DNA from: a virus
Lineage: Duplodnaviria; Caudoviricetes
Virus record (IMG/VR): IMGVR_UViG_3300042914_000556
Span: 1 to 58,897 of that record
DNA: 58,897 nucleotides
Direction: 5' to 3' (one strand)
How positions within the stretch are numbered: position 1 is the stretch's first letter; every line of letters begins with the position of its first letter. Shown here piece after piece: positions 37,583-46,911 of the stretch. The notes under the pieces were generated by a model, which saw only the letters and a program-made list of their open reading frames with translations, had not been told where the DNA came from and did no database searches. The translations under genes were made by a program, and so were the position numbers.

Positions 37583-38065
37583 CTACCTTCTAGAAAGTTC
37601 TTCCCGAACTTTAGCGTACTGTGCTTCACAAACCTCTAAGGCTTTGGAGAGCTTGGCGGCGTCGGCACTGTACCCTGCAAGAAACTCTCCATCTCGCCTT
37701 GCCAGTTCCGCGCCGGACGCTCCACTACAAGCGGGGGTGGAACTGGACACGGCACCTTTGTCACTGGAGCGCTCGGGACGCTCCGGCCTGTTGCGCAGGC
37801 TGTTAGACAGAGTAGCAGCACGGGCGCTAATTTCCTGTATCTCACGGTCTTTCTCCTGACGGATATTCTCCGCAGCCTGTTGCATATTTTGCTCTTTTTC
37901 TCTGGTAAGTTCTATCTCTTTCGCACGGTCCTCGGCAAGTTGTCGCATCTGGTTATCCCACTGCTGCTGGATAAACGACTCCCCTGCGCTATACCCTTTG
38001 AAATAGCCAGCCGTCGCTGCAGCCATCACAGCGACGAAACTTCCCATTAAGAAATAAGGATTCAT
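37583..38065 (-). CDS. Rz-like inner-membrane spanin
   Basis: N-terminal TM helix plus coiled coil, downstream of the endolysin. Confidence 0.8.
   Translation of the reverse strand: MNPYFLMGSFVAVMAAATAGYFKGYSAGESFIQQQWDNQMRQLAEDRAKEIELTREKEQNMQQAAENIRQEKDREIQEISARAATLSNSLRNRPERPERSSDKGAVSSSTPACSGASGAELARRDGEFLAGYSADAAKLSKALEVCEAQYAKVREELSRR
37636..37845 (-). CDS. Rz1-like outer-membrane spanin lipoprotein, embedded in an alternative frame
   Basis: Lipobox LTAC, Pro-rich, fully inside the Rz-like gene. Confidence 0.75.
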   Translation of the reverse strand: MRYRKLAPVLLLCLTACATGRSVPSAPVTKVPCPVPPPLVVERPARNWQGEMESFLQGTVPTPPSSPKP

Positions 38066-38250
38066 TTGGTCGGTACTTTGGTTCCGTCGAGCTTCTTATG
38101 AACCTTGATTTCCTTGCAGACCTGAACCTCTTTGCCCTTGCGGTCTTTTTCCTTGTTGCAGACTTTCTTAGTCTCAGCAGCGTGGATTTGGAAAACAAGT
38201 ACGGTGCTCGCCAAAACGGTAGCAAGCATTCTTAGGGCGAGTAGTTTCAT
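38062..38250 (-). CDS. Small secreted basic protein
   Basis: Signal peptide ...QIHA/AE, two Cys. Confidence 0.65.
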   Translation of the reverse strand: MKLLALRMLATVLASTVLVFQIHAAETKKVCNKEKDRKGKEVQVCKEIKVHKKLDGTKVPTK

Positions 38251-38693
38251 GTGATCTCCGGGTGGGCTGGTTGGATAGGAGCGGGTTTACCACCATAGCC
38301 TGCGACTACTGGTGGCACAGAACTAATAGGATCAATGGTTGGCTCCATGCGCTGCACGGGAGTATGTGTAGGCGATGGGGCTTTGGGTGCTGGTGGCTGT
38401 GGGTCTGTCCAATCGCTTGCCTTGCTAACCCCCGGTGGTGGGTCGATCAGCTTAGCTACGCCGTCCTTGCCCTTGATCGCCAACAGAGTCGCCAAAGCAC
38501 CTAATATGTACTTGCTCATGTCTGACAACAGCATGAAGAACTGCTTGTCAGCAGGGGCGATGCCCACCATTGGTTGCGTTACAAAAACGACACTGTACAT
38601 TGCCAAACTTGACATCATCAGCAGAACAACACAGAACGTCGCGCCGATGATTAACTTAATGATGCTATCGATATGGTCAGGCGTCCATTTCAT
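38247..38693 (-). CDS. Two-TM membrane protein (holin-like candidate)
   Basis: Two hydrophobic helices and a Pro-rich tail, in the lysis cassette. Confidence 0.55.
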   Translation of the reverse strand: MKWTPDHIDSIIKLIIGATFCVVLLMMSSLAMYSVVFVTQPMVGIAPADKQFFMLLSDMSKYILGALATLLAIKGKDGVAKLIDPPPGVSKASDWTDPQPPAPKAPSPTHTPVQRMEPTIDPISSVPPVVAGYGGKPAPIQPAHPEIT

Positions 38694-38884
38694 TTTTGTT
38701 CCTCCGGCTTGAAGTCAGACGCGGGCACTAGCTGATCAGGGCAGGTACCAGTCAAGGCACATTCTGGTCGCTGGCATTCTGGCTTGTTCCAGTTCTTGTT
38801 GGACTGACACGGGTAGCGGAAGCGATCTTCGCAGCCACTAAGCCATACGAGTGTCAGAGCCAAACATGTTAAGCGCCACTTCAT
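38690..38884 (-). CDS. Cys-rich lipoprotein
   Basis: Lipobox LSGC; DRFRYPCQ...C...C....C. Confidence 0.7.
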   Translation of the reverse strand: MKWRLTCLALTLVWLSGCEDRFRYPCQSNKNWNKPECQRPECALTGTCPDQLVPASDFKPEEQK

Positions 38885-39491
38885 AATGATGCTCCCTATC
38901 TGCTAGCCCGATATACCCACCGTTGATCTTTAGCGTCATCGTTTTGATGTCACCCTCATCGGCGTATTTGTTCAGATTCTTAGTCTCCCAGTACCAGCAT
39001 GCGCTCTGCGCCGCCCCTTCGAATGTCTGCAAATATTCCGAGGCTTGGTCTGTTGTGATGTCTAAAGAAGCAGCGAACCAAAAATAGTTATCCTTGCCAG
39101 TTAGCTGTATTAGACCCCTGCCCTTGTACTTGGCTCCATGTCCAGACGCTTCATCACCGTTACCCATGCGGTTTGCGTAGACACGGTTGGCTATCTTGTC
39201 CGGCTGTTTAGCGTACGCCTGTGCTTCTTCGGGGGTCTTAAAGTACTTGGGAAACGTCTTCAGCAGCCCTGACGCGCTGTAGTTCAGGTTCTCAGTCAAG
39301 AACACAAAGCCGCCTGACTCGTGCGAGCACTGGGCTAGAAACGCTGCAACGCGCTTCGGAGTGTTGATCTGATATTCGTCGAGGAGGGATTTGCCACCAA
39401 GCTCTGTCTGGGGGCCAAAGAGTGTGTCATACCATTGCTGGGCGTACTTGGTGTGGGGAGCGAACTTCTTAAATTGTGCGAGGGTAATCAT
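38838..39491 (-). CDS. Endolysin, glycoside hydrolase family 19
   Basis: AAFLAQCSHES, ENLNYS, YKGRGLIQLTGKDNY, INGG. Confidence 0.92.
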   Translation of the reverse strand: MITLAQFKKFAPHTKYAQQWYDTLFGPQTELGGKSLLDEYQINTPKRVAAFLAQCSHESGGFVFLTENLNYSASGLLKTFPKYFKTPEEAQAYAKQPDKIANRVYANRMGNGDEASGHGAKYKGRGLIQLTGKDNYFWFAASLDITTDQASEYLQTFEGAAQSACWYWETKNLNKYADEGDIKTMTLKINGGYIGLADREHHYEVALNMFGSDTRMA

Positions 39492-39718
39492 TTGCCGTAC
39501 ATCCTCTCAACTTGTATTTCTTTGCGAAGCTCTCTCATCTTCCGAACTTCATGCACCGCCGCTTGAGTGGCGTAGTACATGTCGTAGTACATAAAGGCTA
39601 GGATCGGCATGATGATGAAGAACATCAGAAGAACGGCCATCACTACTACGATAAGTGACCAAGGTACATCTTCTGTGCTGCGCTTCTCATCGTTAGCCAC
39701 ATTAGCCCCACCGCCCAT
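39488..39718 (-). CDS. Single-TM membrane protein (start uncertain)
   Basis: WSLIVVVMAVLLMFFIIMPILAFMYY followed by a charged helix. Confidence 0.6.
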   Translation of the reverse strand: MGGGANVANDEKRSTEDVPWSLIVVVMAVLLMFFIIMPILAFMYYDMYYATQAAVHEVRKMRELRKEIQVERMYGK

Positions 39719-40344
39719 GCCACTACGAAAACTACTGCTGAAACCCACGTTATTTTTGCCCGGAGTTCCGCTATTCTTTTTTTGCGTCGCCATCTTGCTA
39801 TCTGAGCTAACCTCAGTTCCTCCGCGTGGGCTTCCTCCTGCTCGGCAACGATGCGTTGCCACATAGCTTCAAACTTACTCCAAAGCGCGCCCAATTCTGG
39901 CGGTGCTCGGTACGTCATGGTTTCGCGTATCTCAACCAGCATCGCGTCTAGCCTTGCCGTGATTAGAATACGTTTTAGCGCTCTGCGCCCGATACTCTCT
40001 TCACCTCGGTAGACCTGCTTGGCTTCTAACTGCTCCTTTAAGAACAACTTGCTGATTGCATCGTAGCTGTCCATCAACGCGCCCAACTGATTACCGATGT
40101 CGGTGAATATATCGTTGGGATCAGCTTTGGCTATCTCCTGTACACGCTGGACTTCTTCGTGGTACTGCTGCTTCTGCGCTGGAGTAGGATTGCCACCTGT
40201 TGCTTTTTCGTACTGCTGCTTCAGGTCATCTAATACTTCCTTTACATCCCCCGCAGCGCCTTTAATTTGCTTGTAAAGCTCACAACCCTTCTTAACTGCG
40301 GCGACTGCTGCATTTGCTGCGGCTAGAAGAGTTAGCGGGTCAAT
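39646..40344 (-). CDS. Coiled-coil protein with C-terminal TM helix; probable ATT start (232 aa)
   Basis: Frame open from ATT at 40344 (ATT GAC CCG CTA ACT CTT CTA GCC); GGAGG 5 nt upstream. Confidence 0.7.
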   Translation of the reverse strand: MDPLTLLAAANAAVAAVKKGCELYKQIKGAAGDVKEVLDDLKQQYEKATGGNPTPAQKQQYHEEVQRVQEIAKADPNDIFTDIGNQLGALMDSYDAISKLFLKEQLEAKQVYRGEESIGRRALKRILITARLDAMLVEIRETMTYRAPPELGALWSKFEAMWQRIVAEQEEAHAEELRLAQIARWRRKKRIAELRAKITWVSAVVFVVAWAVGLMWLTMRSAAQKMYLGHLS

Positions 40345-40557
40345 TTATTCCTCCGTATCGTCCTTGCGCGTTACGTCTTTATATATCTGATAAACCTTAT
40401 GGCCGATCAACAACACGGTGTAGATCAACGTCGCCCACAGAACAAGCTCACTAACCTGAATGCCCATGACGGTTGCCAGCGATACAGTCGCTGGTGGGGC
40501 AAGCTTTGCGGTAATAGCTGCAGCGCTTTCAGTCGCTTGATCCGACGAGTTCATCAC
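40345..40557 (-). CDS. Small holin-like membrane protein
   Basis: Hydrophobic helix ELVLWATLIYTVLLIGH and a charged tail. Confidence 0.55.
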   Translation of the reverse strand: MMNSSDQATESAAAITAKLAPPATVSLATVMGIQVSELVLWATLIYTVLLIGHKVYQIYKDVTRKDDTEE

Positions 40558-41611
40558 TACACCTTTTCCTATAAAACGCTACGTTGGAAACCAACCGCTC
40601 GTCTTCCGGCTCAAGCTCTACAGCAGCTTCACCATACATGAGCGCCTTGTCGTTCAGGCCCAGATTATATGCAGAAACTGCTGCCAAATCGAAGGGTTTT
40701 GGGCCCCATACGGAGGGGTCCATTGTATACACCGCTTGTTTATCTTTGATGGTAAGCGCTCGCTCGGCGGCTGACAAGCATTCTTGCCAATTTGCTTTCG
40801 AGTAATAATACTCTGCTAACTCTACCCAAGGCTCCCGGGTGTTGGGCGCTTCGTCTGCTGCCTTCTTGCGCCATGCGAGTGACTGAGATTCGACCCCCAG
40901 CGCAGCGTAGCTTTTGCCCAATAAGCGCATGGCGTAGCATCGCTCGTTCGGCCAGTTGGCTTTGGGATTGTCGAGATACTTAAACAGCGCCACTACTGCT
41001 TCGCCCCACATGCTGTAGAAGGTCAACTCACGGGCGTAGTAAAACGCGTTGCGTGGGCAGAAGGGGTCTTCAGTTACCGCTAGCTTCAGTAGGTCTAGGT
41101 ACTGCCCACGGCTCTTGGTCGGGTCTGGCAAGTGACGGACAAGTAGTTTGTCTGTGTGGGCGTAGACCTCGGTAATCCGTCCGTCTGGTACAGGGTACTC
41201 ATGCACAGGGTGGTGCCAGTGGTAGCCATGACGGTGGTGGATTTTTTCGTAAAAGAAGGAGATGCCGCAGCCCCAGTCGAACTTATAGCGCAGCCGCGTG
41301 GTGTTCTCTTGCCATACCCGCTCGATTTCTTCACGCCATCCGGGTTCCATTACCTCGTCCAAGTCCAGCGAAATACAGACATCGTATCCCCGGGGAATCA
41401 AGGCCAAAGCAGCGTCGCGAGCACGATCAAAGCGCCAAGGTGACACACAGATATCATGAACAACAGCGCCATTTTGGCGAGCCAGTTCCACTGTTTCATC
41501 GGTAGACCCCGTGTCGGCTATCAACACCAAGTCGGCGTCTTTCGCCGACTCACAGAACCTCTGAACAAACTGTGCTTCGTTCTTACTGATCGCGTATACG
41601 GCTATTTTCAT
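40529..41611 (-). CDS. Glycosyltransferase family 2 with TPR-like C-terminus
   Basis: KNE, DTGSTD, FDRARDAAL, DLDE, HE motifs; helical repeats. Confidence 0.88.
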   Translation of the reverse strand: MKIAVYAISKNEAQFVQRFCESAKDADLVLIADTGSTDETVELARQNGAVVHDICVSPWRFDRARDAALALIPRGYDVCISLDLDEVMEPGWREEIERVWQENTTRLRYKFDWGCGISFFYEKIHHRHGYHWHHPVHEYPVPDGRITEVYAHTDKLLVRHLPDPTKSRGQYLDLLKLAVTEDPFCPRNAFYYARELTFYSMWGEAVVALFKYLDNPKANWPNERCYAMRLLGKSYAALGVESQSLAWRKKAADEAPNTREPWVELAEYYYSKANWQECLSAAERALTIKDKQAVYTMDPSVWGPKPFDLAAVSAYNLGLNDKALMYGEAAVELEPEDERLVSNVAFYRKRCSDELVGSSD

Positions 41612-41618
41612 AATGTTT

Positions 41619-43694
41619 TTAGAAAGTGATTGAGCCAGAACCAGTCCACGTATAGATACGATACCCACCAGAGGTTGTCACTGTTGGGCTTCCTGTCGTA
41701 GCAGAAGCAAAGTTATAAATGTCTTGATAACGAATGATGACAACACCGGAACCGCCAGCCTTACCACCTTGGTTATTTCCACCGCCGCCACCGCCACCGC
41801 CCGTATTCGCGGTGCCCAATACAGAAGCAGTTGATCCAGCACCTTTACCGCCTCCACCAGCACCACCAGCACCTTCAGTACCCGTAGCAGCACCGCCGCC
41901 ACCGCCGCCAGCGTAAGTTACTGAGGAACCAGAGATAGCTGAGGCTGTGCCAGCACCGCCGACACCGCCGACACCGTTTGTCGCAGTCGCACCAACAGCG
42001 CTTGCTCCGCCGCCACCGCCGCCATAACCGTTCGATCCGTTACTAAATGCGTTGCCACCATTGCTGCCCTGTGATGGAGATACCGATGGGGTGTTACCAG
42101 AGCCACCGTTGCTTGCACCTGCCGAACCTGCCGAACCACCACCGCCAGAGCCCCCGTTACCGCCCAAAGTAGTTCTTGCGTCAGACCCAAGACCACCGCC
42201 TGCTGATGTAATTGAGCTAAAGACAGAGTTCGAACCAGCAGTGTTAATAGCACCGCCGCCGCCCACAGTGACTGTCAGCGCTGACCCAGATGCAACTTCT
42301 AGTGTGCCTGTTCTAAAACCACCAGCACCGCCACCGCCATGGCCTTGAGTGCCTGTCGATGAACCGCCGCCACCGCCACCGCCGCCGATGACTAAATACT
42401 CGACTGAAGTAGGTGATGGTAATAAAGGTGTTGTTGAAGAAGTATAAGTGGTATTCGCGATAGTAAAACTAGTAGCAGCGCTTGTACCTCCTAAGTTACT
42501 AGCAGTAAAACTACTATTTGATAAAGTATAGGTCGTTGGTGATAGGCTAGCAGAAGTTGTGCTGTACGATACAGACACTCCACCGACTGTATAAGTTCCT
42601 GTTAAAGACCCGTCAGAAGGAAATTTTATAAACCCGATATTTCTTAAACTAGACTCCGTTATCGCGCCAGTAGCGTAATAGTTATTAGCAGCATCGGTGG
42701 AAAAAGTTATGTCAGCCGCAGGGGCAATTCTCGCCCACTGTACAGCACCACTAGGATTAAGTTTAATTACTCTGGCGCCAAATGCTATTATTGGATTGCC
42801 CGTTGAATCTAAATATACTCCACACTCACCACTAAAGCCGCTCAAAGTATATTGCCATACAAAGTTACCAGAAGAATCTAATTTTCCAACCCACGGTGTG
42901 TTATTCGCAGTTCCAGAAATATAAATATTGCCAGATGAATCTACTGGGCACGCGTTTAAGTTTGTGGTGGTAGAAAGAACATTACTTTGTTTCTGGAATA
43001 AAATTGTGCCGTTAGTAGCGTTTATTTTTATGATAAAGAACACATTAGTAGGCCCGCGCCCACAAAGATAAAGATTTCCAGAACTGTCGGTGGATACTCC
43101 GGTAGCAGCACAAGTATTAGCTGATGTGTAGTAATAGTTAAATATTAAAGTACCAGAAGAATTCCACCCTACTAAAAAAGGGGTGCTTGGCGTCGTAAAA
43201 GCAATGCCCGCTACATAAACATTTTCATTGCTGTCTAGAGCCAATGAGTATGCTTCTAGTTCAATCGCTGATAAGCCTATCTGCCGTTCCCATAAAATAT
43301 TTCCAGCCGGACTCATTTTTACAACACACGCTTTGTTAATATTGCCGGGGGCAATACCAAACCCAATGTACAAATTTCCGCTAGGGCCGATAGCTATTGT
43401 TTTATACGCCCCAGAAGTAACATAACTAAAAACTCCGTCGCCTAACCGCTTTTGCCACTGTAGTACACCGTTTTTATTGTACTTAGATACGCCTATCCAT
43501 TGAACACCACTTGGGCGGACAGAAGAAAATACATATATATTATAGTCACTGTCTACAACCGCCGATCTACCAAATTCTGTTTCGCCAGAAGAGCCTAGCA
43601 TCCCTATGAATTTCGCCCCAGAATCAATAAACGGTAACGAAATCATGCCGAAGCCACTAGCTGATGCTGCCCCCCTTGTGCTTAGCAATGGCAT
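41619..43694 (-). CDS. Beta-propeller + glycine-rich domain fibre/receptor-binding protein
   Basis: Repeated DSSGNIY/WQ blades; VEYLVIGGGGGG...GSGVVIIRY. Confidence 0.7.
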   Translation of the reverse strand: MPLLSTRGAASASGFGMISLPFIDSGAKFIGMLGSSGETEFGRSAVVDSDYNIYVFSSVRPSGVQWIGVSKYNKNGVLQWQKRLGDGVFSYVTSGAYKTIAIGPSGNLYIGFGIAPGNINKACVVKMSPAGNILWERQIGLSAIELEAYSLALDSNENVYVAGIAFTTPSTPFLVGWNSSGTLIFNYYYTSANTCAATGVSTDSSGNLYLCGRGPTNVFFIIKINATNGTILFQKQSNVLSTTTNLNACPVDSSGNIYISGTANNTPWVGKLDSSGNFVWQYTLSGFSGECGVYLDSTGNPIIAFGARVIKLNPSGAVQWARIAPAADITFSTDAANNYYATGAITESSLRNIGFIKFPSDGSLTGTYTVGGVSVSYSTTSASLSPTTYTLSNSSFTASNLGGTSAATSFTIANTTYTSSTTPLLPSPTSVEYLVIGGGGGGGGSSTGTQGHGGGGAGGFRTGTLEVASGSALTVTVGGGGAINTAGSNSVFSSITSAGGGLGSDARTTLGGNGGSGGGGSAGSAGASNGGSGNTPSVSPSQGSNGGNAFSNGSNGYGGGGGGASAVGATATNGVGGVGGAGTASAISGSSVTYAGGGGGGAATGTEGAGGAGGGGKGAGSTASVLGTANTGGGGGGGGNNQGGKAGGSGVVIIRYQDIYNFASATTGSPTVTTSGGYRIYTWTGSGSITF

Positions 43695-43703
43695 ATCACA
43701 CCC

Positions 43704-44207
43704 TTAAGCAAACTTAACTTGTGAAGCAAACACAGTGAACGTAGCGTTCGCTGTTTTAATAATTGTGTATGAGTACACATCAATACTACTTGCATTACCC
43801 GCGCTGGGGGCTGCACCGTTTTGCCATTTTGGTGTAACGGATGAACCATCGACTTGAACTGCGTTGTTAAAGTACGCAGTAGTTCCTTGCGTCACCATGA
43901 ATACGACAGTAACAGACTGGCCTGTAGATAGTGCGGTGTTCAAACTTGTGCCACTCGACGCGCGAAAGTTCACCGTCCAGTTCGCCGAAGCGTTACTGGT
44001 GTAGTACAGAACAGATTGCGTGGTTACATCGTAATTGATCGTTCCAGTGGCAGCAGTAGCAGACACAGTTACCGTCTCTGCCGCGTCGTTGAACACGACG
44101 GCTATCTTGCTAGACGAACCAATATACGACTGTTTCCCCGTGTAGCTATTATCCGCAGTTGATGTGAGGATGTTAGACGGGGAAATAATTTGTGTCAGTG
44201 TGGACAT
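43704..44207 (-). CDS. Tail-fibre-associated protein
   Basis: Ser/Thr-rich beta protein, KW...APS...DVYSY. Confidence 0.6.
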   Translation of the reverse strand: MSTLTQIISPSNILTSTADNSYTGKQSYIGSSSKIAVVFNDAAETVTVSATAATGTINYDVTTQSVLYYTSNASANWTVNFRASSGTSLNTALSTGQSVTVVFMVTQGTTAYFNNAVQVDGSSVTPKWQNGAAPSAGNASSIDVYSYTIIKTANATFTVFASQVKFA

Positions 44208-44210
44208 GGT

Positions 44211-44570
44211 TTACTCCATTTCAACCCACGATGTCGTTGGTTCATCCCATGAGTACATCTTGCCGTCGGTCGGCATTGCAACAGGCGCGATCCACTGGCA
44301 AGTATCTTCAACCAGTACCCATGAAGGATATGGCTGTGGTGGGATGAAAGCATCACGCTGTGCGTCGTAAGTAAAGCCGATACCAGCGTAGTTCTTCCGC
44401 ATGTTGCCGTTGTAGCTGGTCTGTTTCCACGTGCCACCAAACAAACGCTCGCAGAACGCTGCGCCGATATGTTCTTTCTCAACACCATCAGCATCAGAAG
44501 TATCTGCGTTACCAACCACAATCACACGCAACACTACATTGTTTGCGTCAAGTTCAGCAAAGTGTGCCAT
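44211..44570 (-). CDS. Conserved fibre-associated protein
   Basis: MAHFAEL...WKQTSYN...RKNYAGIG...DAFIPPQPYPSW. Confidence 0.65.
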   Translation of the reverse strand: MAHFAELDANNVVLRVIVVGNADTSDADGVEKEHIGAAFCERLFGGTWKQTSYNGNMRKNYAGIGFTYDAQRDAFIPPQPYPSWVLVEDTCQWIAPVAMPTDGKMYSWDEPTTSWVEME

Positions 44571-44817
44571 CTATAGCCTCCTCAAATTCTTTCTCTGCAA
44601 CGCCCATCGCTTCCAACTGTTCTGGCAACCAAATGGTCGGGATGTTGTCCTCAAACTCTTTGATCTTTTCCATCACCCAATACACTTCTTCCATTGATGG
44701 GCATGGACGAGGATCATCCCAACGAGTAAAGGTGTTGTTGGAAATCTCCCATTTAGCACCGGGGCGCAGCATCTGCATCGCTACGTCAATGCCGTAGAAC
44801 CTGTAGATTTTCTTCAT
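44554..44817 (-). CDS. Small fibre-assembly-like protein
   Basis: LRPGAKW...W.D.RP.P motif; synteny. Confidence 0.55.
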   Translation of the reverse strand: MKKIYRFYGIDVAMQMLRPGAKWEISNNTFTRWDDPRPCPSMEEVYWVMEKIKEFEDNIPTIWLPEQLEAMGVAEKEFEEAIDGTLC

Positions 44818-44819
44818 AG

Positions 44820-46556
44820 CTATACGTTGAGTTTGATAATTACGATGCCAGAGCCACCTGCGCCGCCACTAACAGTTTGACCTAATCTAGTGCCGCCACC
44901 GCCGCCGCCACCTGTGTTAGCTGTTCCGTTAGAGCCGTTTCCGCCTCCACTGCTGCCAAGGTTTACGCCACCAGCACCGCCACCGCCAGAACCACCAGCC
45001 CCTCCACTAATATTTACATAAACTCCAGTGTATGCACCGCCGCCACCGCCGCCAGCGTAAGTTACTGAGGAACCACTAATGCTCGAAGAAGAACCATTAC
45101 CTCCAGAGCCACCAGTTGTGGTAGTGCCATTACCCCCTGTTGCAGACGCTCCACCGCCACCGCCGCCGCCAGCGTCTAGACCAGCGCCATTACCGCCGTT
45201 ATTACCCTGTGACGGTGTTGTCGATGGAGTATTTCCAGCTCCACCGGGGCGCGCACTTCCCGCCCAATCAGAGCCACCACCACCAGAACCTCCAGAACCT
45301 GCTGTGTTGGCATTTGCACCGCCGCCGCCGCCGCCGCCATTAGAGGTGATGGTAGAAAATACCGAATTGGTTCCAGATGTTCCTACGGTTTCCGTATTAC
45401 TAGCAGGCCCAGCACCTGCTCCACCGCCACCCACAGTGATCGTGTAGGTGGTTCCAGCAGTAACACTTAATCCAGTGCCAGTTCTAAACCCGCCACCGCC
45501 GCCGCCACCAAACAAAGCTGCCCCGCCGCCGCCACCAGCCACAACCAGATAATCAACACTAGTCACGCCTGTCGGGCATGTCCAACGAGATGAGGCTGTG
45601 AAAGAAAGTACATTGTTGGCTGGCACTGAGTATTTAATGATGACGATGCCAGAGCCACCACTTCTGCCTTCGCTTGAAATGCCGGTATTGTCCCCGCCGC
45701 CGCCGCCACCGCCACCTCTATTGGTAGTGCCAGCTACTGACGCAATCGCCGTAGGCGTTGCGACGCCACCTGATCCGCCACCGCCTTCTCCACCAGTTGC
45801 TGCCGTACTTGAACCCCCGTAAGCACCGCCACCGCCACCGCCAGCGTAAGTTACTGAGGAACCAGAAATAGATGACGCTGTTCCGTTGCCACCATTCCCT
45901 AGCGTAGTACCACCATTTGACCCAACAGATGACGCTCCGCCACCGCCGCCGCCAGAATAAGGCGGCGAGTAAGCACTCGTCATACTGCCGCCGTTGCTTC
46001 CTTGAGAGGGGCTTGTACTAGGTGAATTACCAATACCTCCTGCCGAAGAAGTGCCGCTTACTGCAGCGCCACCGCCGCCTGATCCGCCACTCAATCCATT
46101 GTAGTTACCCGTTCCCCCGTTGAATGTTCCACCGCCGCCGCCGCCAGTTGATGTGATCGTAGAAAAAACAGAATCACTTCCGTTGTTTCCTCTTGCGGCA
46201 GTGTTGCCAGCTACTGCTGCCCCGCCTGCGCCAACGGTAATCGTATATGTTGTCCCAGCCGTTACAGATAAAGATGTACCTGTGCGGAATCCTCCTGCAC
46301 CGCCGCCGCCAGCTTGATAGCCGGGACCGCCACTTCCTCCACCAGCGACAACAAGGTAGTCAACGGCAGTCACACCCGCTGGACATGTCCACGAGCCTGA
46401 TGTTGTGAATGTCTCAATAATTATGAAAGCTGGTGGGAGAGGCCAAACCCCCGCTCCTTGCGCTTGTTGCGCGTACACAAGCGACCAAACCCCCGACGCT
46501 AATAACGTCGTAGGTAAGTTTAATGGCCCTATACGTCCGCCATTCCCGCGATTCAT
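44820..46556 (-). CDS. Protein with two tandem glycine-rich domains (fibre component)
   Basis: Two WTCPxGVTxVDYLVVAGG...GSGIVIIK units. Confidence 0.75.
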   Translation of the reverse strand: MNRGNGGRIGPLNLPTTLLASGVWSLVYAQQAQGAGVWPLPPAFIIIETFTTSGSWTCPAGVTAVDYLVVAGGGSGGPGYQAGGGGAGGFRTGTSLSVTAGTTYTITVGAGGAAVAGNTAARGNNGSDSVFSTITSTGGGGGGTFNGGTGNYNGLSGGSGGGGAAVSGTSSAGGIGNSPSTSPSQGSNGGSMTSAYSPPYSGGGGGGASSVGSNGGTTLGNGGNGTASSISGSSVTYAGGGGGGAYGGSSTAATGGEGGGGSGGVATPTAIASVAGTTNRGGGGGGGGDNTGISSEGRSGGSGIVIIKYSVPANNVLSFTASSRWTCPTGVTSVDYLVVAGGGGGAALFGGGGGGGFRTGTGLSVTAGTTYTITVGGGGAGAGPASNTETVGTSGTNSVFSTITSNGGGGGGGANANTAGSGGSGGGGSDWAGSARPGGAGNTPSTTPSQGNNGGNGAGLDAGGGGGGGASATGGNGTTTTGGSGGNGSSSSISGSSVTYAGGGGGGAYTGVYVNISGGAGGSGGGGAGGVNLGSSGGGNGSNGTANTGGGGGGGTRLGQTVSGGAGGSGIVIIKLNV

Positions 46557-46909
46557 TAGCTGATCTCCTCGTAGCTGCAAACGGCTTCGAGATCATTGGC
46601 GGCACTCGCAGTTAGTCGCAAGCTATCGCCTTCTTCAAGGTAAATCGCCTTGCTAATAACATCAAGTACTGCGTCCGCAGGGACAACAACGGTACTAACA
46701 ATTTTGTAAGCAGTAGAGCTTCTGAAAAAATCAACGGTAACCTCAGCAGAGTTAGTTCCGTCTATGTTGCTGACGTAAAGTGCGTTGACCTTAAATACCT
46801 TGTTACTGCCGCCGCTATTTGTGACAATCGCAGTGGCAGATGTTCCGACGGCTTGTACAGCAGTCTTGCCCGTGATGGTTGTGACGTTGACGATATTAGG
46901 CGCTGCCAT
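46556..46909 (-). CDS. Conserved virion/fibre-associated protein
   Basis: MAAPNIVNV...YLEEGDSL...SYEEIS. Confidence 0.65.
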   Translation of the reverse strand: MAAPNIVNVTTITGKTAVQAVGTSATAIVTNSGGSNKVFKVNALYVSNIDGTNSAEVTVDFFRSSTAYKIVSTVVVPADAVLDVISKAIYLEEGDSLRLTASAANDLEAVCSYEEIS

Positions 46910-46911
46910 AG

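Noticed and set aside
41619-46556. Diversity-generating retroelement in the fibre genes
   Set aside because: No reverse transcriptase and no ~100-bp template/variable repeat pair with adenine-specific mismatches seen
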